Assembly: GCF_000007145.1 (NCBI RefSeq)
Contig: NC_003902.1
Span: 3,626,497 to 3,658,496, forward strand
Direction: 5' to 3'
DNA from: Xanthomonas campestris pv. campestris str. ATCC 33913
GTDB lineage: Bacteria; Pseudomonadota; Gammaproteobacteria; Xanthomonadales; Xanthomonadaceae
Length of the DNA stretch: 32,000 bases
Position numbers and translations under genes: made by a program. Below the pieces are notes generated by a model that was not told the origin of the DNA, made no database searches, and was given only the letters and a program-made list of their open reading frames with translations. Shown here piece by piece: positions 1 to 7,743 of the stretch (position 1 is its first letter; each line of letters opens with the position of its first letter).

Positions 1-541
1 ACGCCGGCGCACGCGGCAATGCACCCAGCCACTGCAGCGGAGGCGGCACGCTGTCGCGCAGCAGGCGGGCGTGATGCGCGCTGCCGATGCGATTGGCGGC
101 CACGCCATACAGCGGCAGATCGTCGCGATAGCGGGCCAGCCCAAGCGCCAACGCGCCGAAGGTTTGCGCCATGGCGGCGCCATCGATCACCGCCAGCACC
201 GGAATGCCGAAGTGCACGGCCAGATCGGCGCTGGAGGGCGCGCCATCGAACAGCCCCATCACGCCTTCGATCAACAGCAGGTCGGCGTCGCACGCGGCGG
301 CATGCAGGCGCTGACGGATGTCCGCCTCGCCGGTCATCCACAGATCCAGCTGAAACACCGGCGCGCCGCTGGCGCGTTCGAGCAGCAGTGGGTCGAGAAA
401 ATCCGGCCCGGTCTTGAACACCCGCACGCGCCGCCCCTGCCGCGTATGCCAGCGCGCCAACGCAGCAGTCACGCTGGTCTTGCCCTGCCCGGAGGCAGGC
501 GCAGACACCAGTAACGCGGGGCAGTACGCGGGCAGTGTCAC
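1..541 (-). CDS. cobB: Cobyrinate a,c-diamide synthase (CobB/CbiA family), N-terminal part; the gene continues past the left edge of the window
   Basis: Absent from the ORF track (GTG start at 541, no stop within the window). Manual minus-strand translation from 541 gives VTLPAYCPALLVSAPASGQGKTSVTAALARWHTRQGRRVRVFKTGPDFLDPLLLERASGAPVFQLDLWMTGEADIRQRLH..LLLIEGVMGLFDG.. The SGxGKT P-loop and KTGPDFLDP motif are typical of CobB/CbiA. The GTG lies 3 nt after the cobO stop (544-546). Confidence 0.8.
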   Translation of the reverse strand, partial: MTLPAYCPALLVSAPASGQGKTSVTAALARWHTRQGRRVRVFKTGPDFLDPLLLERASGAPVFQLDLWMTGEADIRQRLHAAACDADLLLIEGVMGLFDGAPSSADLAVHFGIPVLAVIDGAAMAQTFGALALGLARYRDDLPLYGVAANRIGSAHHARLLRDSVPPPLQWLGALPRAPA

Positions 542-543
542 GG

Positions 544-1155
544 CTATAGCTCGACGCCGAGCTGTGCCTTGATGCCGGCGTTGAAGGCGTGCTTGATCAG
601 GCGCATTTCGGTGACCGTATCGGCCGCCTCGATCAGGCCGGCCGGCGCGCCGCGCCCGGTGATCACCACGTGCTGGCGTGGCGGCCGTGCAGCGACTGCC
701 GCCAGCACCTCCTCCAGCGCAACGTACTCCTTAACCAGCGCGATGTTGAGCTCGTCCAACAGCACGAAGTCGTAGCGCGGGTCGGCCAGCATGCCGCGCG
801 CCAGCTGCCAGGCCGCCTGTGCAGCGACGATGTCGCGTTCGCGGTCCTGGGTTTCCCAGGTAAACCCTTCGCCCATCACGTGATAGTCGAGCAGATCCGG
901 AAAGCGTCGGAAAAACGCTTCTTCGCCAGTAGAAAATGTGCCCTTGATGAACTGCACCACGCCGCAATACAGCCCGTGGCCCAGCGAGCGCGCCAGCATG
1001 CCGAAGCCGGACGAACTCTTGCCCTTGCCGTTACCGGTATTGACCAGCAACACGCCGCGATCGATCACCGCACGTGCGATGCGCCGGTCCACCAGTTCCT
1101 TCTTGCGTTGCGCGCGTTCGCGGTAATGCGCGTCGTCGTGCTCGGGTGTACTCAT
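544..1155 (-). CDS. cobO: Cob(I)yrinic acid a,c-diamide / cob(I)alamin adenosyltransferase (CobO/BtuR type)
   Basis: C-terminal 203 aa of ORF 544..1668, starting at MSTPEHDDAHYRERAQRKKELVDRRIARAVIDRGVLLVNTGNGKGKSSSGFGMLARSLGHG..VLLDELN..VVITGRGAP... The GNGKGKS P-loop and overall layout are typical of CobO/BtuR. The ATG at 1155 overlaps the upstream gene stop (ATGA at 1152-1155). The N-terminal extension in the ORF track is Arg/Ala-rich and was rejected. Confidence 0.9.
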   Translation of the reverse strand: MSTPEHDDAHYRERAQRKKELVDRRIARAVIDRGVLLVNTGNGKGKSSSGFGMLARSLGHGLYCGVVQFIKGTFSTGEEAFFRRFPDLLDYHVMGEGFTWETQDRERDIVAAQAAWQLARGMLADPRYDFVLLDELNIALVKEYVALEEVLAAVAARPPRQHVVITGRGAPAGLIEAADTVTEMRLIKHAFNAGIKAQLGVEL

Positions 1156-1757
1156 GTGCCAACTCCAAGGGTGGAACGCGGTATCGCAGCATGCACGCTT
1201 GCACGTACGGCCAGCACGGCGCCCACATAAGCGGCCAGGCCACCGAGCGCCGGCGGGTAATACTGCGGCACCCGCGCAATGAACCCTGCCAGCGAGGCCT
1301 GCGGGTAGCGCCCGGAAAAGACATAGAACCCGCCCTTCGATAACAGATAGGCCACGCTGCCACTGAGCACCAGCGCCAGCAACAGGCGCGGCAGATCGCG
1401 CCATCCACCACGGTGCAGCCGCATCGCATACACGCGGCCGCCACACCACAACGCCGCGTAGGCCAGCGCCAAGACCCAATACGCCGGCGACACGCACCAA
1501 TCGGAGAGGCTGCCGGCGGCCATGCCGGCCAGGTCCAGCGCCGAGGCCAGCCCGAACAACAGCGGCAGCATCCACACCGGCCGCAATAAGGCGCCGGCCA
1601 GGAAGAACACCGCCCAGGACGCGCTCGGCAAGCCATCCAGACTGGCCACATGCTGGCCGCGCGTGCATACCATCAACGCGGCCAACAGTAGGCCGCCGGC
1701 CCAGGCCGCGGCACCGTGCACAGTGAGCCCGTCACTGCCGCGCCAGGGCAAGCGCAC
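1152..1757 (-). CDS. Hypothetical polytopic membrane protein (about 6 TM), paralog 2 of a tandem pair in the B12 operon
   Basis: Lies in ORF 1152..2075. The proposed GTG start at 1757 is 5 nt after the stop of paralog 1 (1763-1765). It aligns with paralog 1, e.g. GLPSASWAVFFLAGALL / HLPDASMALFFLGGLAL, SLSDWCVSPAYWVLALAYAALW / VSDFCITAAYAALPFAYGVLW, YLLSKGGFYVFSGRY / FLISNAAFYWWGGRY. Its stop overlaps the cobO ATG. The exact start is uncertain. Confidence 0.6.
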   Translation of the reverse strand: MRLPWRGSDGLTVHGAAAWAGGLLLAALMVCTRGQHVASLDGLPSASWAVFFLAGALLRPVWMLPLLFGLASALDLAGMAAGSLSDWCVSPAYWVLALAYAALWCGGRVYAMRLHRGGWRDLPRLLLALVLSGSVAYLLSKGGFYVFSGRYPQASLAGFIARVPQYYPPALGGLAAYVGAVLAVRASVHAAIPRSTLGVGT

Positions 1758-1762
1758 CGCGC

Positions 1763-2356
1763 TCACGACGGCTCCAGCGCAGATGCACTGGCCGCACTGC
1801 GTCGCGTGGTACGCCAGCGCAACACGCACCACCCCGCTGGCAGCGCCACCGCCAGATACAGTGCAGTGGTGCGCACGAACAGCGGCCCCCACTGCCAGGC
1901 ACGCGCCAGATACTGGCCCCAATGCGGATCGGCATAACGCCCGCCCCACCAGTAGAACGCTGCATTGGAGATCAGAAACGACACGGCCGCAGCCAGCACG
2001 CCCACGCACCACACACCGCCCAGGGCCACTGCACTGCGGCCCACGCGCGCGTGCAACGCACTGCCGGCGTACCACAGCACGCCATAGGCGAACGGCAACG
2101 CGGCGTAGGCCGCGGTGATGCAGAAGTCACTGACACCGGCCAGCGTCACCGCCGCCCAATCGATCAGCACCGACATCAGCAGCAGTCCGATGAAATACCG
2201 ATGTCGCCGCAGCGCCAGGCCACCGAGAAAGAACAGCGCCATGGACGCATCCGGCAGATGCAGCCAATCGCTGGTGTGGTGAAAGCGCGTAGCGGTCATC
2301 ACCAGCAGCGCGGCAATGAACACCGCGCGTTCGGCAGGACGGGATAGCGGCAGCAT
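1763..2356 (-). CDS. Hypothetical polytopic membrane protein (about 6 TM), paralog 1 of a tandem pair in the B12 operon
   Basis: Lies in ORF 1763..2482. ATG at 2356 (MLPLSRPAERAVFIAALLVMTA...) is preceded by AAGGAG (reverse complement of ctcctt at 2363-2368). The sequence has six hydrophobic segments. A GTG at 2482 overlapping the btuB stop is an alternative start, but it would add a non-protein-like Ala/Arg/Pro leader. Confidence 0.6.
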   Translation of the reverse strand: MLPLSRPAERAVFIAALLVMTATRFHHTSDWLHLPDASMALFFLGGLALRRHRYFIGLLLMSVLIDWAAVTLAGVSDFCITAAYAALPFAYGVLWYAGSALHARVGRSAVALGGVWCVGVLAAAVSFLISNAAFYWWGGRYADPHWGQYLARAWQWGPLFVRTTALYLAVALPAGWCVLRWRTTRRSAASASALEPS

Positions 2357-2478
2357 CGGCAATCTCCTTCGGGGCGTGACATCAACTGCAGGTGGCGGCG
2401 ACGCGAGCGCCGGAATCGCCGCGTGCGTGGCAATTCCGGTTGCCGCCGTGGCCCACCTGCACGCTGTACGGCGCAGGG

Positions 2479-4356
2479 TCACTGCGCCGGGTGATAACGC
2501 AACGTCAGCAGGTAGGCGCGCCCCGGCTGGTTGTACCAGCGCGCGGTTTCGTACTGGCGGTCGAACACGTTGTTGGCGCTCAGCGACACCTTCCAGTCTG
2601 CGTTCACCGCATAGCTCACGCGCAGATCGAGCAGGCCGTAACCGGCCAGGCGGTCGCTGTTGGCCAGGTCGTCGTAGCGCTTGCCGGCGCCGAACAGGCT
2701 GGCGCCCACGCCGTACGCGCCGAAGCTGCGGTCCGCATCGATGCGCCCGCTCTGGCGTGCACGCCGCGGCAGCCAGTTGCCATGGTTGACGTCGCCATCG
2801 GCACGCGGGTCCAGCCAGGTCAGCGCGCTACGCACGGTCCAGCCGGCCAGTTCGGTGTCGTAGCCGGCTTCCACGCCGCGGATGCGCGCCTGGTCGATAT
2901 TGTTTGGCTGGCCGAACGGATGCGTGGCATCCACCAGCCCGGCGTCGTAGGCAATCAGATCATCGATGCGGGTCTGGAACGCGCTCAGCGTCCAGGTGCC
3001 CCAGTCGTAGTTGCCACGCAGGCCCAGCTCGGCGCTCCTGGAGGTTTCCGGCCCCAGCAGCGGATTGCCGTAGTCCGGGTAATACAACTCGTTGAACGTG
3101 GGCGCCTTGAACGCGGTGCCATAGCTGGCGGTCACACGCAGATGCGCGGCAATATCCCAGCCCCACAGCAGGCTGCCGGTGGTTTTGCCACCGAACTGGC
3201 TGTTGTCGTTGCGACGCAAGCTGGCCTGCAGCGACTGCGTGCCGAAGCTCTGCTGCCACTGCGCGAATGCGGCGCGGTCAATGCGGCTGTCGGCATCGTA
3301 GGTGTCGCTGCTGGCAATCGCATCGCGCTGCCAGTCAAACCCCACCGTCAGCAAGCCCGGGCCGGCATCCACATCGGCCTGCAACGAACCCTGCTTGCGC
3401 CGCGTGTCGTAGGTGGACACGTAGGTGCCGTCAAAATACGCATCGCTAAAATCCACGCTGCTCCCGAGGCTGGCAGTGAGCTTGAACGCGTCGGTCGGCG
3501 CATACCGCACGCGGCCGCCCACGGCTTGCTGCACACCCTTGGACAGGTTGCCGCCAAAGGCCGAGCCGTCGTATTCGTTGCGGCTCTGCGCGCGCAAGGC
3601 GTGCACGTCGGCATCCCACTGGCGGTTGAAGCGCCAACCGCCCTGCACATTCAACGAATCGTTGCGGTAGCCGTCGCGGTCCGGGTCGTAGCTGCTGGAG
3701 CGGGTGTCCAGATAGGCGTTGATGCCGTCGGTCTCGTCGTGCACCGCGTTGACCGAATACCAACCGCCGCGCTCGCCCAGATCGCCATCGCTGCGCCCGG
3801 CCACGCCGGCGCTGTAGCGGCGCGCGTTGTCGCTGCCAGCAGCAGCGCCGAAGGTCGGCACGAAGCGGCCTTCCGGGCGCCGGGTAAACAGCTGGATGAC
3901 GCCGCCAAGTGCCTCGGAGCCGTACAGGCTGGAGAACGGGCCACGCACGATCTCGATCCGTTCGATCTGCTCGAACGGGATGTCCTGCAACGCCGCGCCG
4001 CCGGCGGTGGCCGAGCCGACACGCACGCCGTCCACCAGCACCACCAGGTGGTCGGCCTCGGTGCCGCGCAGGAACAACGAGGTCTGCTTGCCGGGGCCGC
4101 CGTTATTGGCCAGCGACACGCCGGCTTCGCCGCGCAACAGGTCCTGCAGCGAATTGATCTGGCGGCGCTCGATCTGCGCACGGTCGATCACCGTCACCGG
4201 CGCCAGGGTCTGGTCCTGGGTCTGCGCGGTGCGCGTCGCGGTGACCACCACCTGGTCGAGATCGACAGCGGCCTCGGCCTGGGCCAGCGCGGCCACGCAC
4301 ATCGACAGGCACACGGCCAGCACGGCACGGCACGGCGAAACGGAAGAAAGGGACAT
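2479..4356 (-). CDS. btuB: TonB-dependent outer-membrane receptor, cobalamin/corrinoid type (BtuB-like)
   Basis: ORF 2479..4452 trimmed to the ATG at 4356 (MSLSSVSPCRAVLAVCLSMCVAALAQA signal peptide). It has a plug region DQVVVTATRTAQTQDQTLAPVTVIDRAQIERRQINSLQDLLRGEAGVSL..LFLRGTEADHLVVLVDGVRVG and a beta-barrel C-terminus. It sits directly downstream of a cobalamin riboswitch. Confidence 0.85.
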   Translation of the reverse strand: MSLSSVSPCRAVLAVCLSMCVAALAQAEAAVDLDQVVVTATRTAQTQDQTLAPVTVIDRAQIERRQINSLQDLLRGEAGVSLANNGGPGKQTSLFLRGTEADHLVVLVDGVRVGSATAGGAALQDIPFEQIERIEIVRGPFSSLYGSEALGGVIQLFTRRPEGRFVPTFGAAAGSDNARRYSAGVAGRSDGDLGERGGWYSVNAVHDETDGINAYLDTRSSSYDPDRDGYRNDSLNVQGGWRFNRQWDADVHALRAQSRNEYDGSAFGGNLSKGVQQAVGGRVRYAPTDAFKLTASLGSSVDFSDAYFDGTYVSTYDTRRKQGSLQADVDAGPGLLTVGFDWQRDAIASSDTYDADSRIDRAAFAQWQQSFGTQSLQASLRRNDNSQFGGKTTGSLLWGWDIAAHLRVTASYGTAFKAPTFNELYYPDYGNPLLGPETSRSAELGLRGNYDWGTWTLSAFQTRIDDLIAYDAGLVDATHPFGQPNNIDQARIRGVEAGYDTELAGWTVRSALTWLDPRADGDVNHGNWLPRRARQSGRIDADRSFGAYGVGASLFGAGKRYDDLANSDRLAGYGLLDLRVSYAVNADWKVSLSANNVFDRQYETARWYNQPGRAYLLTLRYHPAQ

Positions 4357-4477
4357 CAACTGCTGCTCCAGGAACCGCGCCAACCCGCGCGGGGGCAATG
4401 GGGGCGGCAGGCAGCACGGGCCAGGCGTCCGGCGCGCAAGCACCAGACGCACAAGGCCACGCCCACCGCGTGCCGGG

Positions 4478-4688
4478 TCAATCCCTCAGGCCGGTCTCCG
4501 GGCTCGCGAGTGGAAGCCTGCGCTTCCGGTACCGCGCCTTCCCATGCGTGTGCACAGTGGCCTGTTGCGGCACCTGACCTCGCCCACCGTTGCGGGGGCA
4601 GCTCCGGACTTGCGTCTCGCCAAGGCGATGCGCGCACCGGATTCCCGTTTAAACCACCGGAATTCCGGCAGTCACCTCAGGGGCGCGC
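4478..4688 (-). promoter_or_regulatory. Cobalamin (B12) riboswitch in the 5' leader of btuB
   Basis: The minus strand reads ..GGTGGTTTAAACGGGAATCCGGTGCG..AGTCCGGAGCTGCCCCCGCAACGGTGGG..GCCACTGTGC..GGGAAGGCG..AGCCCGGAGACCGGCC. This matches the conserved core (GGGAAnCCGGTG, GCTGCCCCCGCAACGGT, GCCACTG) and a B12 box (plus-strand 4489-4504). Boundaries are approximate. Confidence 0.85.
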
Positions 4689-4781
4689 ATGGTAGCAGGA
4701 TTGGCTGGGGCGCCTCGGCAGTCTCCGGCAACCGGCCAAGCGCAGCGCGACGCCTCGCGCCGGGGCGGTGAATTGCCGATT

Positions 4782-4964
4782 CCTTCTCCCACCGGGAGAA
4801 GGTGCCCCGAAGGGGCGGATGAGGGTACGGGGCGAAGCCGCATACCATGTATGGAGCCGCATGCCGGGGTTGCCAGCACGTCCGCGACTGAGCTTCATCT
4901 CGCACATAGGAGTGGGCTTTGCCCCGTACCCTCACCCCAACCCCTCTCCCAGCGGGAGAGGGGC
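4782..4964. repeat. Composite palindromic intergenic repeat (REP/MITE-like), single copy with a long central segment, inverted relative to the array at 20471-21068
   Basis: Left module: ccttctcccaccgggagaaggtgccccgaaggggcggatgagggtacgg. Right module: ccgtaccctcaccccaacccctctcccagcgggagagggg. These match the reverse complement of the two modules in the 154-bp units at 20.5-21.1 kb. The hairpins are CTTCTCCC/GGGAGAAG, GCCCC/GGGGC and CCCTCTCCC/GGGAGAGGG. Confidence 0.8.
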
Positions 4965-5198
4965 TAGCCGTTGCCGAGGAGAGGGGGCTCAAGCACGCAT
5001 CTTGGCTTGTTCAAGATTTCCAGGTCATGGACGCAACGTGCCGAGGCGGCAGCGTGGCCGGGGATTGGCGGAGAGCGGCACACGGATGTGCCGCGCGGCG
5101 AGTCAGACAGGATGTCTGACCGAGCCGAAGAGCCGATCCCCGGCCGCGCTGGCGCCCATTACCGAAGCCAGTCCCGGCAGGCATCGTGCTTCGCTAGG

Positions 5199-5240
5199 CC
5201 TCACCCCCAACCCCGCTCCGCGCCCCGACAGGAGATGGGC
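5199..5240. repeat. Degenerate half-copy of the same repeat family, directly 3' of metY
   Basis: cctcacccccaaccccgctccgcgccccgacaggagatgggc resembles cctcaccccaacccctctcccagcgggagaggggc at 4929-4964. Confidence 0.5.
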
Positions 5241-5250
5241 TAAAAAAGCA

Positions 5251-6537
5251 TCACGCGCCCTGCAGCGCCTGCTCCAGATCCGCCAGCAGATCATCGATGT
5301 GCTCGATCCCAATCGACAACCGCACGGTGTCCTCGCTGACGCCGGCATGCTCCAGTTCGGCCGGGCCGAGCTGACGGTGCGTGGTGGAGGCCGGATGCGT
5401 GGCCAGCGATTTGGCGTCGCCAATGTTGACCAACCGTGTGAACAGCTGCAGTGCATCCAGAAACCGCGCACCCGCCGCGCGTCCACCCGGCAGTCCGAAG
5501 GTCAACACGCCCGAGCCATGCCCGCCCAGATACTTCTGCGCCAACGCATGCTCGGGGTGATCCAGCAATGCGGCGTAATTGACCCAGGCCACGCGCGCGT
5601 GTTCCTGCAGATACCGGGCAATCGCCAACGTGTTGGCATTGATGCGCTCCATGCGCAGCGGCAGGGTCTCGATGCCTTGCAAAATGAGGAATGCATTGAA
5701 CGGCGACAACGCCGCACCGGTATTGCGCAGCGGCACCACGCGCGCACGACCGATATAGGCGGCCTCGCCCAGGGCTTCGGTATAGACCACGCCGTGGTAA
5801 CTCACGTCCGGCTCGTTGAGACACGCAAAGCGCGCCTTGTGCGCCGCCCACGGGAAGCGCCCGCTGTCCACGATCGCACCGCCGATGCTGTTGCCGTGCC
5901 CGCCCAGGTATTTGGTCAGCGAATGCACCACGATATCCGCGCCGAAGTCGATCGGGCGCAGCAGCGACGGCGTGGCGACGGTGTTGTCCACGATCAGCGG
6001 CACACCGTGCGCATGCGCCACTGCCGCCACCGCTTCGATGTCGGTGATGTTGCCGCGCGGGTTGCCGATCGACTCGACGAACACCGCCTTGGTGCGCTCG
6101 TCGATCAAGCCGGCAAACGCCTGCGGATCGCGGTAATCGGCAAAGCGCGTGGTGATACCGAACTGCGGCAGCGTGTGCGCGAACAGATTGTAGGTGCCGC
6201 CATACAACGCGCTGGAGGAGACGATGTTGTCGCCAGCCTCGGCAATGGTCTGGATCGCATAGGTCACCGCCGCCTGCCCCGACGCCAGTGCCAGCGCACC
6301 GATGCCGCCTTCCAGCGCAGCCACGCGCTGTTCCAGCACGTCGTTGGTGGGATTCATGATGCGGCTGTAGATGTTGCCCTGCACTTTCAGGTCGAACAGA
6401 TCCGCGCCATGCTGGGTGTCGTCGAAGGCATACGCCACGGTCTGATAGATCGGCACCGCCACCGCGCGGGTGGTGGGATCAGGACGGTAGCCACCGTGCA
6501 CGGCGATGGTTTCAGGCTTCCACTGCGGATCGGTCAT
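5251..6537 (-). CDS. metY: O-acetylhomoserine sulfhydrylase (PLP-dependent Cys/Met metabolism family)
   Basis: 428-aa ORF: MTDPQWKPETIAVHGGYRPDPTTRAVAVPIYQTVAYAFDD..NIYSRIMNPTNDVLEQRVAALEGG..VVHSLTKYLGGHGNSIGG (PLP-lysine motif)..ATHPASTTHRQL. Length and motifs are typical of MetY. Confidence 0.9.
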   Translation of the reverse strand: MTDPQWKPETIAVHGGYRPDPTTRAVAVPIYQTVAYAFDDTQHGADLFDLKVQGNIYSRIMNPTNDVLEQRVAALEGGIGALALASGQAAVTYAIQTIAEAGDNIVSSSALYGGTYNLFAHTLPQFGITTRFADYRDPQAFAGLIDERTKAVFVESIGNPRGNITDIEAVAAVAHAHGVPLIVDNTVATPSLLRPIDFGADIVVHSLTKYLGGHGNSIGGAIVDSGRFPWAAHKARFACLNEPDVSYHGVVYTEALGEAAYIGRARVVPLRNTGAALSPFNAFLILQGIETLPLRMERINANTLAIARYLQEHARVAWVNYAALLDHPEHALAQKYLGGHGSGVLTFGLPGGRAAGARFLDALQLFTRLVNIGDAKSLATHPASTTHRQLGPAELEHAGVSEDTVRLSIGIEHIDDLLADLEQALQGA

Positions 6538-6719
6538 GGCGCGGCTCGCTCAGGAGGAGGCCCAACGATACCCGGCCTGCCGCGCCTGCCTCATGACGAC
6601 CGGCTATGAGCAGATTGCCAGCGCGCAGGTTCGCTAACGCAGAATCGAAGTCGCACCAAGTTCGAACAGGATACAACCGCGTGCACGCATGCCATCAACG
6701 CACCGGCACGCGATACCCC

Positions 6720-7613
6720 TCACGCAAGGTTTGTCTGTACTCGGCCATGGGCGGCAACCCAACGGCGCGACGCCGCGCCCTCCAGTCCCGCGATATCTTC
6801 GGTGGGCCGCAACGCCATGCTGCCATCGGCCTCTGCCCTGAACTGCGTGCCGTAGCGCTGCGGCCTATTCTGTCCAACCAACACGCGGTCTGTCAGCAGC
6901 GCGACCTCGCTAGGCGCCACATCGCGTCTGGTGAGCGCAGCCTCCATCAGCTTCAATGCCTGCTCCTGAAAGGCGAGGTCCGCGTCGGCATGCTGAACCA
7001 GCGTCCATGCAGCATTGGCGCCGTCCTCACCAACCAGCGAACGACCTGGCCAGCCCTTGCGAGCAATCACCTGCTTCAACCAAGCCGTATTGTCGCGATC
7101 GACTGGCGCGGTACGTACCCAGTCTTCCGGCTTGCCGCCGACAGCAATCGCGGCATGGCGGACTCTTTGATCCTGTTCAACCCGTGCCAGCAGCTCGTTG
7201 CGCAATGGCTGATCCACTGCTGCAGTCTGCTGCGCACTGAGATGCTCCGCTTTCGCTAGCAACGCGGGCCATCCAGCCGTCGTGCGCAGCCGATTGAGCC
7301 CAGGACGATCCTTGCTGCGCAGATCCTCCACCGCAATACATCTGCTCGGCATTTCATTATCGAGATACCGTAATGCTTGATCGGTCTGCCCGGCCGCCGC
7401 CAGGCATTCGGCATACAGAAGCTCGCCATTGCTGGGAAACGGAATGACGGCACCTTGCAGCGCACCCAGGATCTCCGCGCAGCGCGCGTAGTCTTGCGCC
7501 TGATACGCATCGACAGCTGCCTTGAAATCGGGCTGTGCGTCCGCGTGAGCCGCAACTGCCAACGTGATCGACATGCAGAAGCCAAAAAGCAGATGACAGA
7601 TGCGCATCTGCAT
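6720..7613 (-). CDS. Secreted hypothetical protein, DUF6624-like C-terminal domain; the C-terminus appears frameshifted (see findings)
   Basis: 297-aa ORF with signal peptide MQMRICHLLFGFCMSITLAVAAHA. The segment DNTAWLKQVIARKGWPGRSLVGEDGANAAWTLVQHADADLAFQEQALKLM..LLTDRVLVGQNRPQRYGTQF matches my recollection of the DUF6624 pattern. The family assignment comes from memory, not a search. Confidence 0.65.
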   Translation of the reverse strand: MQMRICHLLFGFCMSITLAVAAHADAQPDFKAAVDAYQAQDYARCAEILGALQGAVIPFPSNGELLYAECLAAAGQTDQALRYLDNEMPSRCIAVEDLRSKDRPGLNRLRTTAGWPALLAKAEHLSAQQTAAVDQPLRNELLARVEQDQRVRHAAIAVGGKPEDWVRTAPVDRDNTAWLKQVIARKGWPGRSLVGEDGANAAWTLVQHADADLAFQEQALKLMEAALTRRDVAPSEVALLTDRVLVGQNRPQRYGTQFRAEADGSMALRPTEDIAGLEGAASRRWVAAHGRVQTNLA

Positions 7614-7686
7614 TCCTTGCCTGAGTGCCTGCCACGATCATAGCGCCGTGCCGATGCGGCGCGCACCCACCGCTACCAATGATCCT

Positions 7687-7721
7687 CCGCCAAACACATC
7701 GCCCCGCATCAGCGGGGCGAT
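7687..7721 (-). terminator. Probable intrinsic terminator downstream of clpB
   Basis: Perfect 10-bp stem ATCGCCCCGC (7698-7707) / GCGGGGCGAT (7712-7721) with a 4-nt loop. On the minus strand it is followed by GTGTTTGG. It lies 22 nt after the clpB stop. Confidence 0.55.
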
Positions 7722-7743
7722 CGTGACTGCGTGAACCTCAGGA

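Noticed and set aside
544-1668. N-terminal extensions of real genes in the ORF track (544..1668, 1152..2075, 1763..2482, 2479..4452, 14681..16330, 16420..17568, 17268..20429, 21698..23710, 10691..11377, 12322..13428)
   Set aside because: The extended N-termini are Arg/Ala/Pro-rich and overlap neighbouring genes. Internal starts with SD-like sequences, signal peptides or family-typical N-termini were preferred.
2392-4695. 767-aa plus-strand ORF, and several 60-300-aa ORFs in the same region
   Set aside because: They are antisense to or out of frame with the btuB-like receptor and run through the riboswitch. The sequences are not protein-like. The minus-strand frame has clear TonB-receptor motifs.
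4768-6609. 613-aa plus-strand ORF
   Set aside because: It starts inside the palindromic repeat and then runs antisense to metY. It has no motifs, and metY on the minus strand is unambiguous.
6538-6720. Possible SAM-type riboswitch upstream of metY
   Set aside because: The minus-strand leader was read. No S-box (GAGGGA, GGTGCCAA) or SAM-II-like conserved core was seen, only a generic imperfect hairpin (CTGCTCAT..ATGAGGCAG).
6600-7650. Impression of lower GC (possible horizontal acquisition) for the DUF6624-like gene region
   Set aside because: Hand counts of three 60-nt samples gave about 45%, 62% and 65% GC. Only local patches are A/T-rich, which is not enough to claim a compositional island.
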